Assembly (NCBI RefSeq): GCF_964213995.1
Contig: NC_135825.1
Coordinates: 52,824,001-52,888,000, forward strand
Reading direction: 5' to 3'
Source: Mustelus asterias
Taxonomy: Eukaryota
Length of the DNA stretch: 64,000 nucleotides
Shown here: positions 12,288 to 23,838 of the stretch, piece by piece
Position numbering within the stretch: position 1 is the stretch's first letter
Layout of the letters: every line of letters starts with the position of its first letter
The notes under the pieces: model-generated
What the model was told of the DNA's origin: nothing
Databases searched by the model: none
What the model saw: the letters and a program-made list of their open reading frames with translations, nothing else
Program-made: the position numbers and the translations under genes

Positions 12288-14603
12288 CGAAATGTTCTTG
12301 GCAGACAGGATTAAGGAGAATCCCAAGGCATTTTATTCATACGTTAGGAACAAAAGGGTTGTTAGGGAAAAAATCGGACCTCTCAGGGACAAAAGTGGGG
12401 ACTTATGCTTGGAGCCCAAAGAAGTAGGGGAGATCCTAAATGAATACTTTGCGTCGGTATTCACAAAGGAGAGGGATGTGTTGACTGGGAGTGTCTCGGA
12501 GGGGAGTGTTGAACCGTTGGAGAAAATCTCCATTACAAAGGAGGAAGTGTTAGGTTTGTTAGAGAATATAAAGACTGACAAATCCCCAGGGCCTGATGGA
12601 ATCTATCCAAGGCTGCTCAGGGAGACGAGAGGTGAAATCGTTGGGCCTCTGACGCAAATCTTTGTCTCGTCACTGGACACAGGTGAGGTCCCAGAGGATT
12701 GGAGGATAGCCAATGTGGTCCCGTTATTTAAGAAGGGTAGGAAGGATAACCCGGGTAATTATAGGCCGGTGAACTTGACGTCCGTGGTGGGGAAGTTGTT
12801 GGAGAAGATTCTTAGAGATAGGATGTATGCGCATTTAGAAAGGAATAAACTCATTAACGATAGTCAACATGGTTTTGTGAGAGGGAGGTCATGCCTCACT
12901 AACCTGGTGGTGTTTTTTGAAGAAGTGACCAAAATGGTTGACGAAGGAAGGGCCGTGGATGTTGTCTATATGGACTTTAGTAAAGCGTTTGACAAAGTCC
13001 CTCATGGTAGGCTAGTGAAAAAGGTTGGATCCCATGGGATAAAGGGGGAGGTGGCTAGATGGGTGGAGAACTGGCTTGGTCATAGAAGACAGAGGGTGGT
13101 AGTGGAAGGGTCTTTTTCCGGCTGGAGGCCTGTGACTAGTGGTGTACCGCAGGGCTCTGTATTGGGACCTCTGCTGTTTGTGATTTATATAAATGATCTG
13201 GAAGAAGGAGTAACTGGGGTGATTAGTAAGTTTGCGGACGACACAAAACTGGCAGGACTTGCAGATAGTGAGGAACATTGTCAGAGGCTACAGAAGGATA
13301 TAGATAGGCTGGAAATTTGGGCAAGGAAATGGCAGATGGAGTTCAATCCTGATAAATGCGAAGTGATGCATTTTGGTGGGAATAATGTAGGGAGGAGCTA
13401 CACGATAAATGGAAGAACCATAAAGGGTGTAGAGACGCAGAGGGACCTGGGTGTGCAAGTCCACAGATCCTTGAAGGTGACGTCACAGGTGGAGAAGGTG
13501 GTGAAGAAGGCATATGGCATGCTTGCCTTTATAGGACGGGGCATAGAGTATAAGAGTTGGGGTCTGATGTTGCAGATGTATAGAACGTTGGTTCGGCCGC
13601 ATTTGGAATACTGCGTCCAGTTCTGGTCGCCACACTACCAGAAGGACGTGGAGGCTTTGGAGAGAGTACAGAGGAGGTTTACCAGGATGTTGCCTGTTAT
13701 GGAGGGGCTTGGTTATGAGGAGAGATTGGGGAAACTGGGGTTGTTCTCCTTGGAAAGACAGAGGATGAGGGGAGACTTAATAGAGGTGTATAAAATTATG
13801 AAAGGCATAGATAGGGTGAACGGTGGGAAGCTTTTCCCCGGGTCGGTGGTGATGTTCACGAGGGGTCATAGGTTCAAGGTGAAGGGGGGGAGGTTTAACA
13901 CAGATATCAGAAGGACATATTTCACACAGAGGGTCGTGGGGGCCTGGAATGTGTTGCCGGGCAAGGTGGTGGAGGCAGACACACTGGGAACGTTTAAGAC
14001 TTATCTAGACAGCTATATGAACGGAGTGGGAATGGAGGGATACAAAAGAGTGGTCTAGTTTGGATCAGGGAGCGGCGCGGGCTAATTGTTCCTTGTTTCT
14101 CGTTTCAAGGCTTCATTCTATGATCATCTTGCTGGTGCCAGTACAGAGCGAGACTGCGGATAGTTGGGAACCTGTCTCGGGGGCAGGGAATTCATATGGT
14201 GTTCGTGGAAGTGGAAATGACTAGGGTTGGGAAGCATTTTCCGATCGGGGCCATTGTGATCTCCTGGACTCGTTTCGATCGCCTCAGGGGGTCGGAGAGG
14301 AATTTCCCAGATTTTTTTTTCCCCATATTGGCCCTGGGGTTTTTCACTCTGGGTTTTCGCCTCTCCCTGGAGATCACATGGTCTGGAATGTGGGGGGGTG
14401 GGGGTGAGTTAATAGGTTGTAATGAACAAAGCATCGTAGCTGTGAGGGACAGCTCGGTGGATAGGATATTGGTATGTAGATAGGCTGGAAAATTGGGCGG
14501 GGATCCTGGATTCAGGATTCAATCCTGGACCGGGGAGCGGCGCGGGCTTGGAGGGCCGAAGGGCCTGTTCCTGTGCTGTATTGTTCTTTGTTCTTTGTTG
14601 TTG
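12288..14603 (+). mobile_element. Young 5'-truncated CR1 with an uninterrupted ORF2 RT region and an extended 3' UTR
   Basis: Frame is open to 14058 (~590 aa of RT); (TTCTTTG)n tail; TSD TTCGTCA at 12281-12287 and 14604-14610. Confidence 0.96.
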
Positions 14604-14651
14604 TTCGTCAAAGCTGTCACCTTTTTCTCCATTTTTCATTTCCGTGCCCAT

Positions 14652-15326
14652 AAGAACATAAGAAATAGGAGCAGGAGTCGGCCATCTGGCCCCTCGAGCC
14701 TGCTCCGCCATTCAATAAGATCATGGCTGATCTGATAGTGGATTCAGTTCCACTTACCCGCCCGCTCCCCATAACCCTTAATTCCCTTAATGGTTAAAAA
14801 TCTATCTATCTGTGACTTAAACACATTTAACGAGGTAGCCTCTACTGCTTCATTGGGCAGAGAATTCCAAAGATTCACTACCCTCTGGGAGAAGAAGTTC
14901 CTCCCCAACTCTGTTCTAAGATGACTCCCCCGTATTTTGAGGCTATGCCCTCTAGTTCTTGTTTCCATTGTAAGTGGAAATAACCTCACTGCTTCTACCC
15001 TGTCTAGCCCCTTCATTATCTTATATGTCTCTATAAGATCTCCCCTCAACCTTCTAAACTCCAATGAGTACAGGCCCAGTCCACTCAATCTCTCCTCATA
15101 AGCTAACCCCCTCATCTCCGGAATCAACCTGGTGAACCTTCTCTGTACCCCCTCCAAAGCTAATATATCCTTTCTTAAATAAGGGGACCAAAATTGTACA
15201 CAGTACTCTAGTTGCGGCCTCACCAGTACCCTGTACAGTTGCAGCATGACCTCCCTGCTTTTATACTCCATCCCTCTCGCGATAAAGGCCAACATTCCAT
15301 TTGCCTTCTTGATTACCTGCTGCACC
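14652..15326 (-). mobile_element. CR1 3' fragment (tail (TTCTTATG)n)
   Basis: ORF 14744-15325 is a CR1 ORF2 C-terminus; flanked by a TGCCCAT duplication. Confidence 0.93.
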
Positions 15327-15760
15327 TGCCCATCGTTATCATGGAAACTGTCTGTAAACTCATCACATCATAACTAAACCCTCCACAGTTGGTGGTGCTG
15401 TACTCGGCTATGCCGTCTCATTCTATCAGTCTGGACTACAGAGAAACTACAATTCTCCCAAAGTCCCCAAGTTTTGTGATTTAACTATGAATAGTAGAGA
15501 ATCAATGTATGTCAAATAAAGACATCTAATTTTTGAATAGGGACTGAACTCAATACATACCATAGCAATTAACCCCTCACCTCTGCCTATTTCACCCGAA
15601 GATGGTAATTGGGCTGGAATGCATTGATGTTCTATGGACCACCCCTACTGCCAGGAAGAATGGAGAATTTGGCACAGCCAAAACTCCAGACACAGCTGCA
15701 GGACTGGAGAATCCAACCGTGGGCAAGGTCAGAGAACCCAGCCTTTGATTTTGACACTCT

Positions 15761-15952
15761 GGGCAGGATTTACCAAGCAACAACAACGGGAGGTGGCCTG
15801 CTATTGGCTGGTGGCGGGATCTTCCGGTCCCAGTGTTGTCAACCGGGTTTCCCGTTGAACACGCCCCTCACTACCGTGAAATGCACGGCGAGGGTGTGCT
15901 GTCGGTGGGACTGGAATACCCCACCGACGGGAAGGGCCGGAAAATCTCGCAC
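15761..15952. mobile_element. Short MITE-like repeat (GGGCAGGATTTT...GGAAAATCTCGC); relatives at ~17590-17718, 21104-21250, 34570-34765 and 45003-45128
   Basis: Imperfect GGGCxGxATTTT-type terminal inverted repeats and a shared internal GGATCTTCCGGTCCC motif. Confidence 0.55.
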
Positions 15953-16660
15953 TTTTGTGTGCAATACCACAGGAACTGGTAAATATCTGCAGAGTATTTT
16001 TTAGACTTCCTGGGCACAGTTTTCTGAAAGTGTGCAGCCAGCTAGCTGCCTCGCTGGGTTTTCCCGCTGTATTTTTAAACATTTTGAAATAAAAAAGTGA
16101 AGAGGTGGGTCCCCCAACCCCATGCTGGTGGGCTGGGCTCTGAATGAGCACACTTTGCCAGCAACCTTGGCAGCTGACAGATACCCCCACCTCCCACCAC
16201 CATCGAGGGAACAACCCTCCACTCCAAACCTCCCCAATGGAATATCCCCTCCCATGCCAGGGACGTCCACTCCGAACCTCCCCAATGGAACGCCCTGCCC
16301 CCACAGCAGTATCTCATAGTGGTTCTGTTTTCCTGTTGTCACCTTTTAGTAATTGTGGCATTGGTAAGGTCTACAAGTCAACCTAAGCCAAAAGCTTAGT
16401 CCTACGAATTGCGAATGTCGACACAATGGTACAAAAATCAATCAAATGTTAACCAACTGCCACTGTTGGGAACACCACTTTTACCTTTTCTTACCTTTTG
16501 TAAACCAGTAAAGCAATCAGGTGTGTCCAGAGCAAAGAATGTACTGTAGGGGGAAGGGAGAGAGGGCAGAGGGGGGAGTGGGTGCAGGGAACAGTAACAG
16601 AGAAACATCAACTGTGTGGCAACCGCTAAATTTTGGAAGATGTCCGAATGCCTCACCTTT

Positions 16661-17195
16661 CTAGGCATGATGTAGAATTTCATTTAATTTTTCTTCATAA
16701 AACGTGCTGCTTTCTTGAAGGTCCTCCCAAGGCACGAAAGCTTCCCCCTCATTGTCGACGTAGGTGTTCCAGCAGTAGTTATACTCTGGCGCCTTCATGA
16801 TTCTCAATCGACAACCGGCCCCATGCAGCTTCCGCAGGCCCTGCTGGATCTCAGCCTCTTCCCACATGTACAGGCGGGCCACGAAGATGGTAAGCTGGAC
16901 ATTGGGGCACTTGCCCAGGTACTCAGCCAGTTTGGCAGCACACACCGCGCAAGGGCTGGAGGACACGTACCAAATGACGGAGTAGCTTAGGCTGCCATCA
17001 CACTCTGTGAAGATATCCGTGAAGAAGGCATTTTCTGCGTGTGTGCCTGCATGCTCATCCTCCACGTATCCCTCTGACCTCTCACAATCCGTGCCCTGTT
17101 TCTCCACTGAGTAGCACAAGAAGGTTTTGTGTCGTCCCGAAGAATATTCTACATTTTTGAACTGGAATTTGAAGAAAAGGGATGGCATGCGCTGT
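16661..17195 (-). CDS. APOBEC2: APOBEC2 coding exon 2 (zinc-dependent deaminase-fold domain)
   Basis: Acceptor ttttccag|A. Translation QRMPSLFFKFQFKNVEYSSGRHKTFLCY...DEHAGTHAENAFF...WYVSSSPCAVC...LYMWEEAEIQ...PWEDLQESSTFYEEKLNEIL matches APOBEC2-specific motifs (FFKFQFxNVEYSSGR, HAE, SSSPCxxC, YEEKL). Spliced CDS is 669 nt = 222 aa + stop. Confidence 0.97.
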
Positions 17196-17304
17196 CTGGA
17201 AAAGAAAGAAGCAGATGTTATTGGATATAGCAAGAAAATAAAATAGTTCTGTCTCATCAATAGCGCGTTTAGATAAAATATACAATGGTCAGAAACACCT
17301 TTAC

Positions 17305-17960
17305 ATGAAAGCAACTTGCATTTGTAAATAGAGTATCTTTATCATATTAAAAAGTCCCAAGGCACTTCATGAGGAATTTTCATAGAATCATAGAATCCTA
17401 CAGTGCAGAAGGAGGCCATTCAGCCCATCGAGTCTGCACTAACAACAATCCCACCCAGGCCCTATTCCCATAACTCCACATACTTACCCTGCTAATCCCC
17501 CTGAAACTAAAGGGCAATTTAACATGGCCAATCTACCTAACCCGCACATCTTTTGACCATGGGTATTACCATAAAGAAATTGACACAGAGGGCGGGATTT
17601 TTCAGCCACGCTCGCCCCAAAACCGGAAAATCCCACCCGAGGTCAATGGTCTGTTTCTCCCACCCTGCCAGCTACAATTCCGATGGCGGGCGCGACGGGA
17701 AAACTCCCCCCCCCCCCCAAAGTCACAGAAGGAGGTCTTAGGGAAGATGATCGAAGGTTTGGTCAGAGGTAGGTCTAAGGAGCATTTTTTTAAAAAGGAA
17801 AGAAGCAGAGAGATTTGAGGAGGGGATTCCCCAGTTTAAGCCTTGGGCTGAAGGCAAGGCTGCCAATGATGGAGGGATAAAAATTGGGCAGTGCAAGTCG
17901 TCAGATCACGAGGAGCACAGAGGTCTCTGAGGGCTGTTGCACCGGAGGATGTGACAGAAA
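17305..17960 (-). mobile_element. Old L2-type LINE 3' end with a nested SINE tail (17381-17555) and a MITE
   Basis: Tail signature CAACTTGCATTT...GTCCCAAGGCACTTCA on the plus strand, followed by degenerate 3' coding sequence. Confidence 0.6.
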
Positions 17961-18055
17961 TTGGTATAATGTAAATATCACTACTCCTAATGCTTTACAG
18001 CTGATATATTCCAGGTGACCTCCTTCCGGTTATTTAATCTTGTTCTAAACTGTGC

Positions 18056-18715
18056 GTCAGCCATGTTCAGATGGTAGCTCCCTGAAGTCTGAGTAAGAAG
18101 GTTGTATGTTCAAACTCCAAGACTTGACTGTATAATCCCAGCCTTCGCTCCAATGCAGTAATGAAGAAATGGCAAATGGATGAGGGTTACCCTCCAGATT
18201 CGGGACAGAGATAAAGGTCACGGAGCTTTGTTCCGATGGCTTCTTGTAACACTAACTTGAATTTATATAGGACCTTATCACGTCTGTAAGAAAGACCTTA
18301 ATGCACTTCACAAAAATTGCTTCTGGAGTAGATGATCACTACTGTTACGTGGTAAATGGAAGAGTCAATGCACAGAATCTACGGGCTTTTGCATGGTTCG
18401 CCCAACCCGCCACTAGGGAACCCATCGCACCAGGGTCAACTGTGGCAGGACCAGGAGGTTGTGCCACCTGGAAGGGTCAGAGGTCCCCCACAAAGAACAA
18501 TAAGGAATGTTTGTCGAAGGATGAAGCTTGCACAGGATCTTTACCTGAATGGACAAGACACCCCGTGCCTTGGTTTCATCTGAAGAATGGCACCTCTGAC
18601 AATGCAGCATTCCATTGGTATTGCCTGTCTGGGTTATGCGCTGAAGCACGAGAATGGGCCTGAACCCACACTCTCCTGAACCCAAAACCAAGGCGGCAGA
18701 AATAAATCCAACCAC
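18056..18715. mobile_element. Two degraded DeuSINE-like relics (+ at ~18056-18230; - at ~18550-18715)
   Basis: Minus-strand TGCTGCATTGTCAGAGGTGCCATTCTTCAGATGA resembles the Deu-domain core; tRNA-like heads with GGGTTCA/GTTCAAA B-box remnants. Confidence 0.5.
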
Positions 18716-18856
18716 ACTGCAGTCTTGTGGCATTCTTCAGAGAGAAACCCGGCAATATTTACCCCTCAAACAACATGAAAACAGGTTAATTAGCCGTAAT
18801 CAAATGACTGATTGTGAGATACTGCGATGTATGTGATGGCTGTCAATAAAAATGTC

Positions 18857-18980
18857 ATGATGTGGAGATGCCGGCGTTGGACTGGGGTAAACACAGTAAG
18901 AAGTTTAACAACACCAGGTTAAAGTCCAACAGGTTTATTTGGTAGCAAAAGCCACACAAGCTTTCGAGGCTCTGAGGCCC
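18857..18980 (-). mobile_element. Penelope-like pseudo-LTR end (second family) with the 3' half of a hammerhead motif
   Basis: Minus strand reads GGGCCTCAGAGCCTC-GAAA-GCTT-GTG, then AATAAA and a GT-rich stretch. Duplication AAAAATGTC at 18848-18856 and 18984-18992. Confidence 0.6.
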
Positions 18981-20180
18981 ATGAAAAATGTCTGCATACA
19001 TAACTGAAAGAGACGTGTCTTAGAGAACTGTTAAAAGTTCTATATCAATTAAAATTTTTCATTATATGTAATTAAATATTCACACGATATCTGGTCACGG
19101 TGTTCATGCTGCCTTCTAACAAAATTAAATCAGTTTAAAAAGAAAAGTCACTTCCTGGTAGATACTAAGAGCAATAAACTCGATATTAGAAGACAAATTT
19201 CCAATTTCACAGTTCCAACAAGATGTTTGAAGTGTTCCCACCAATTCTGCTCTCATCTAAAGCTCATAGCAGAGTTTCTGTCTCCACTCTACCCCACATC
19301 AAACTGTCCCGTGACGCTGGCGACACATGGGCTTGGATTTGCAGCACTATCTCTGTGAATGGAATTTCCGACTTATTTTTAACTCTCCTTATCTCAGCTG
19401 TGCTGGCAGGAGGAGACACCAGGGGATCAGTAACAATATCCCCCGTCACCACTACCCACCAACCCTCGCACAAGGAGGGACGGCAGCGTTTATAGGGGAA
19501 TCCGCCTGGACCTTTCTCACACAGGAAGACTAATTCAAAGGAACAAGACCATTTTGGCACATTGATCCCATCCTCTCAGAGTACTAGCCTTCCGTAACAC
19601 TGGCAGAGACAATGTATTAGAATTATAGAATCAGTGAACGGAATCTCTGGTCTGGCAGCAGCAGAAAGCTTGGCGGGTGGGGGAACCTAATTTGACCTCA
19701 AACCAAATTTACGGACAGCGGGGTGAAATGTAGGAATTCTGTTCTTGAGACTTTGAAAGTGAGTTAAAGACTGGTCAGGCTTCTTGACAAATGAAATTGG
19801 GAAGCCCCTTAGTGAGCATTAGCATCTCCTGCACTCTCTTTAAAAAGTCACCTCACCAGAATTAATTCCCATCTCCAAATCAAGTTCCCCGTCAGTGAGA
19901 AATTAGAACTTACGCTTTCAGCTCATTATATCGGCGCCCACTCATTAAAAGAACAGCTATGCCCCGTCCCATGTCAAGCTGCACTGTGTTTACACCTCTG
20001 CAGGTCCCTCATCCTTATGTACCGGTTCAAATCCCTTTTAAAATAATCTATGGGATAAGCTTCCAGCAATATTTTGAGCAGTGTTCCAAATCCACACAGT
20101 TCCCAGTGAAATTGTTTCTCCTTGGTTAGATTCATTTTTCCAGATATTTTGCCAATGGTTTTGAACCAATGACATTTGGC

Positions 20181-20481
20181 TAAAGTTTATTTATTAGTCA
20201 CAAGTAGGCTTACATTAACACTGCAATGAAGCTACTGTGAAAATCCCCTAGTCGCCACACTCCAGCGCCTGTTCGGATACACTGAGGGAGAATTTAGCAC
20301 GGCCAATGCACCCTAACCTGCACGTCTTTCAGACTGTGGGAGGAAACCGGAGCACCCGGAGGAAACCCACGCAGACACAGGGAGCTTGTGCAGACTCTGC
20401 ACAGACAGTGACCCAAGCCGGGAATCGAACCCGGGCCTCTAACGCTGTGAGGCAGCAGTGCGAACCCACTGTGCCACCGTG
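20181..20481 (-). mobile_element. HE1/V-SINE-type SINE, tail B
   Basis: Full head, core and tail B. Confidence 0.9.
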
Positions 20482-20504
20482 GTTACTGACCCATGGCTTT
20501 TTTT

Positions 20505-21908
20505 GAATGGCTTTTCCCTGCTAATGTAATCAAAATCTTTCATCATCTTGAAAAACTGCGTCAGGTCATCCTTCACCTTTGTTGTTGCAAAGGGAATGAT
20601 TTCCAACCTCTCTTCATCCTCCCTCGGTGACATCTTGGCAAGTTCCTTTAAAGGCCTTCTAAGGCCCTTAAATAGTTCCTGAAGCATAATGCCCAGAATT
20701 GTCCACAAGAGTCCAGTCATTTATTAAGAGCTAGCGTGATTTACTATTCCCCTCTCAACCCAAGTAACTCACATGGTTTTCAGAACTCCTTATCAACTTG
20801 TCCTGCCACCTTTAGAATTTGTGTACATGAAAAGCAAGGATCTCTGCTCATTGCACTTTGAACAATTGTGACATTTATTAGCTGCTGTTGTTTTCCATAT
20901 TAGATCTTCCAAAGTGCATCACTTCACACTCCTCCATCTTGAATTTTATCTGCTATGCCCATTTCACCATCCTGTCTACATCTTCCTGAAGTCTACAACT
21001 ATCCCCATCACCACCTACTCCTTTGCCAGTTTTTGTATCATCTGCCAGTCATGTTATGCTGCTCCCTACACTCAGCGAGAGTCTAGATAACTTTTAAATG
21101 GAAGGCTGAATTTTCCAGCCCTTCCTGCCAGCAGGATCTTCCAGTCCCACTGATAGCCACCCCCCGCGGCGGGTTCCTCAATAGCACAGCTGGCCAACAA
21201 TGCAAAATGCAGTAGACCTCGGCAGGACTGGAAGATCCCACCAGCGACCAATGGCGATGTGTCTCTGCTGCAGAAAAGTCCAGCTCAGAGTAACGGACAC
21301 AAGATTGATCCATGGGCACCGCCACCCTGAATCACCCCCCCAGTCTGAAAAACATCCATCTATTACAGCCCTATGTCTCCTGTCACTAATCCAGGTCTTC
21401 ATTCATACCCTCACTTCCCCCTTTGTTCCACCGGCTTCCCTGAACCGATTAATGGTTTCCTGTAACTTCCCCATGAGCAACGTTAGACTGACTGATCTGT
21501 ATTTTCCCAGTGCATCCCTCTCCCATTTCTGGAATTGTGCTTTAACAATAGCAACCGTGGTCCTCTGGGACTATTCTCGAATCCAATGAGAATTGAAAGA
21601 TTGTGACCATTGCTTCCACTATAAGACCATAAGACAGAGCAGAATTAGGCCACTCGGCCCATCGAGTCTGCTCTGCCATTCAATTATGGCTGATACTTTT
21701 CTCATTCCCATTCTCCTGCCTTTTCCTCATAACCCCTGATCCCCTTAGTAATCAAGAACCTATCTATCTCTGTCTTAAAGACACTCAATGACCTGGCCTC
21801 CACAGCCTTCTGCGGCAAAGAGTTCCACAGATTCACCACTCTCTGGCTGAAGAAATTCCTCCTCATCTCTGTTTTAAAGGATCGTCTCTTCAGCCTGAGG
21901 TTGTGCCC
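20505..21908 (-). mobile_element. Old CR1 fragments plus a younger CR1 tail (21620-21908)
   Basis: Degenerate CR1 ORF2 translations; (TCTTATGG)n tail family. Confidence 0.75.
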
Positions 21909-22326
21909 AATTAGTGTGCACTATTTATACCTTTGCTTCCTTTAGCAACCTTGAGTGAATTCTATCTAGACCAAGTGACTTACCAACTTTCAGTCTTGCT
22001 AATATTTTTACTACATACTCTATTACTTTCCTGCCCATAACTCCTCTTTTAGTGCCACCTTCACACCATCTGCTTGCTATGTGAAAGATTCAAAATAATC
22101 AGTGGGTAATGGGCTGATTTTGCTTTTATGCTGCATCACATTGAAAGAAGGATCATCAGCTGAAGACAAGATTGGAGGCAAAAGTAGCTCAGGAATTACT
22201 ACAGAATGCAGCAATACTGTAATTCACAGTATCCACATTTCACAATGTATTCACAACTGTGACCAGCGTTGAGTAACAGGTTTGAAAGGTCGAAATAGCT
22301 CCGTAATTTTAGGAAAGTCATGATCT

Positions 22327-22680
22327 GGGTGGCACAGCGGTTACATCGCTATCTCACAGTGCCAGGGACCCCAGCTTCAATCCTGACCTACTGTCTGTGT
22401 GGAGTTTGCACGTTCGTTCTGTGTCTGTGCAGGTTTCTTCCGGGTGCTCCGGTTTCCTTCCCAGACTCCAAAAATGTGCAGGTTAAGCTGATTGGCCAGG
22501 TCAAATTGCCCCTTAGTGTCCAAAGATGTGCAGATTAAGTGGATTAGCCATGGTAAATATGTGGGGTTGAGGGGATGGAGCGGAGGACAGGGCCTGGGTG
22601 GCCTGCTCTTTTGGACAGTCGGTGCAGACTCAATGGGTTGAATGGTCTCTTCCTGCACTCTTGGGAAGCTATGGTTCTAT
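22327..22680 (+). mobile_element. Diverged HE1/V-SINE-type SINE
   Basis: Head, core and CR1-type tail are recognisable. Confidence 0.85.
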
Positions 22681-23467
22681 TCCACAGAGATATAGTTCGT
22701 CTGAATCTTAAATCTAAGTTCCCACTGACCTATATTTAACATCTTTGGACTGATTTGGAAAAATCTGGGGTTGGACAAAATTGTTTGCTTTTATTATTGG
22801 AAGATTGTTCACTAATGCCTTAGAAAAGTCATTGATCATAATATAGCATTCCATGTTTACTTCACAACCTGTACATTCGCTCTTTGGTCACCAGCCCTCT
22901 GCACTCATCACCTAAACAAGGTTTACACAGTCGCTCACCAACCACCCTACCTTATTATAAACAATAGAATCATCCTTCTAAAAAGGGATCATAATTTGAT
23001 TAAATGGTGATAGATTCATCGCAGTCTGAGAATGCACAGTCCCTCCAGCTGAATCACTTCTCTCTCCTACAGCCTATACCTCTCTCTCTGTAGGTCGATG
23101 GACTCAATTCCCCGTTCAAACAATTGAAGAAGACGCTGAACCCAATAAATAACAGAGGAGGAAAGACTAGACCAGAACCAGTGTGAGAGATTTATTCAAA
23201 CATCTGGACACACATGAATCACAAAAATAGTGAGCCTTGCTCAAAGAGATTGTAAATCTGAGAAAGGGCCACCCGATAGTAGTGCCGAATATCTGACACG
23301 CATTTCCTCCAAACCAGCCTGGGGATCATTGAAATTCTCCTATTGTATGTGTATCTATTGTCTATAACTTCCAGCTGTTATACTCCAGAACGCCAAGTAA
23401 AGAAGAGCAGAACTGAAGCCAAATCTTTACACTTTGATAAGTATTTATCATAATTTATTATTAAGTA

Positions 23468-23838
23468 TTTTTTCTCTGGAGTGTAGAAGGCCGAGGGGTG
23501 ATCTTATAGAGGTCTATAAAATAATGAGGGGCACAGATCAGCTAGATAGTCAATATCAAGGTAGGGGAGTCTAGAGGGCATAGGTTTAAGGTGAGAGGGG
23601 AGAGATACAAAAGTGTCCAGAGGGGCAATTTTTTTCACACAGAGGGTGGTGAGTGTCTGGAACAAGTTGCCAGAGGTAGTGGTAGAGGCGGGTACAATTT
23701 TATCTTTTAAAAAGCATTTTAGACAGTTACATGGGTAAGATGGATATAGAGGGATATGGGCCAAACGCGGTCAAAAGGGTGGCATGGACAAGTTGGGCCG
23801 AAGGGCCTGTTTCCATGCTGTAAACCTCTATGACTCTA
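23468..23838 (+). mobile_element. CR1 3' fragment
   Basis: Near-identical to the 3' end of 9359-10440. Confidence 0.9.

Noticed and set aside
17196-17314. N-terminal 39 aa of the 217-aa ORF 16661-17314
   Set aside because: This is intron sequence upstream of the ttttccag acceptor; the true N-terminus is exon 1 at 25023.
23052-23190. Possible antisense exon after a strong plus-strand acceptor (ctctctctctgtag)
   Set aside because: All frames close quickly, there is no convincing donor and no recognisable protein; it needs RNA evidence.
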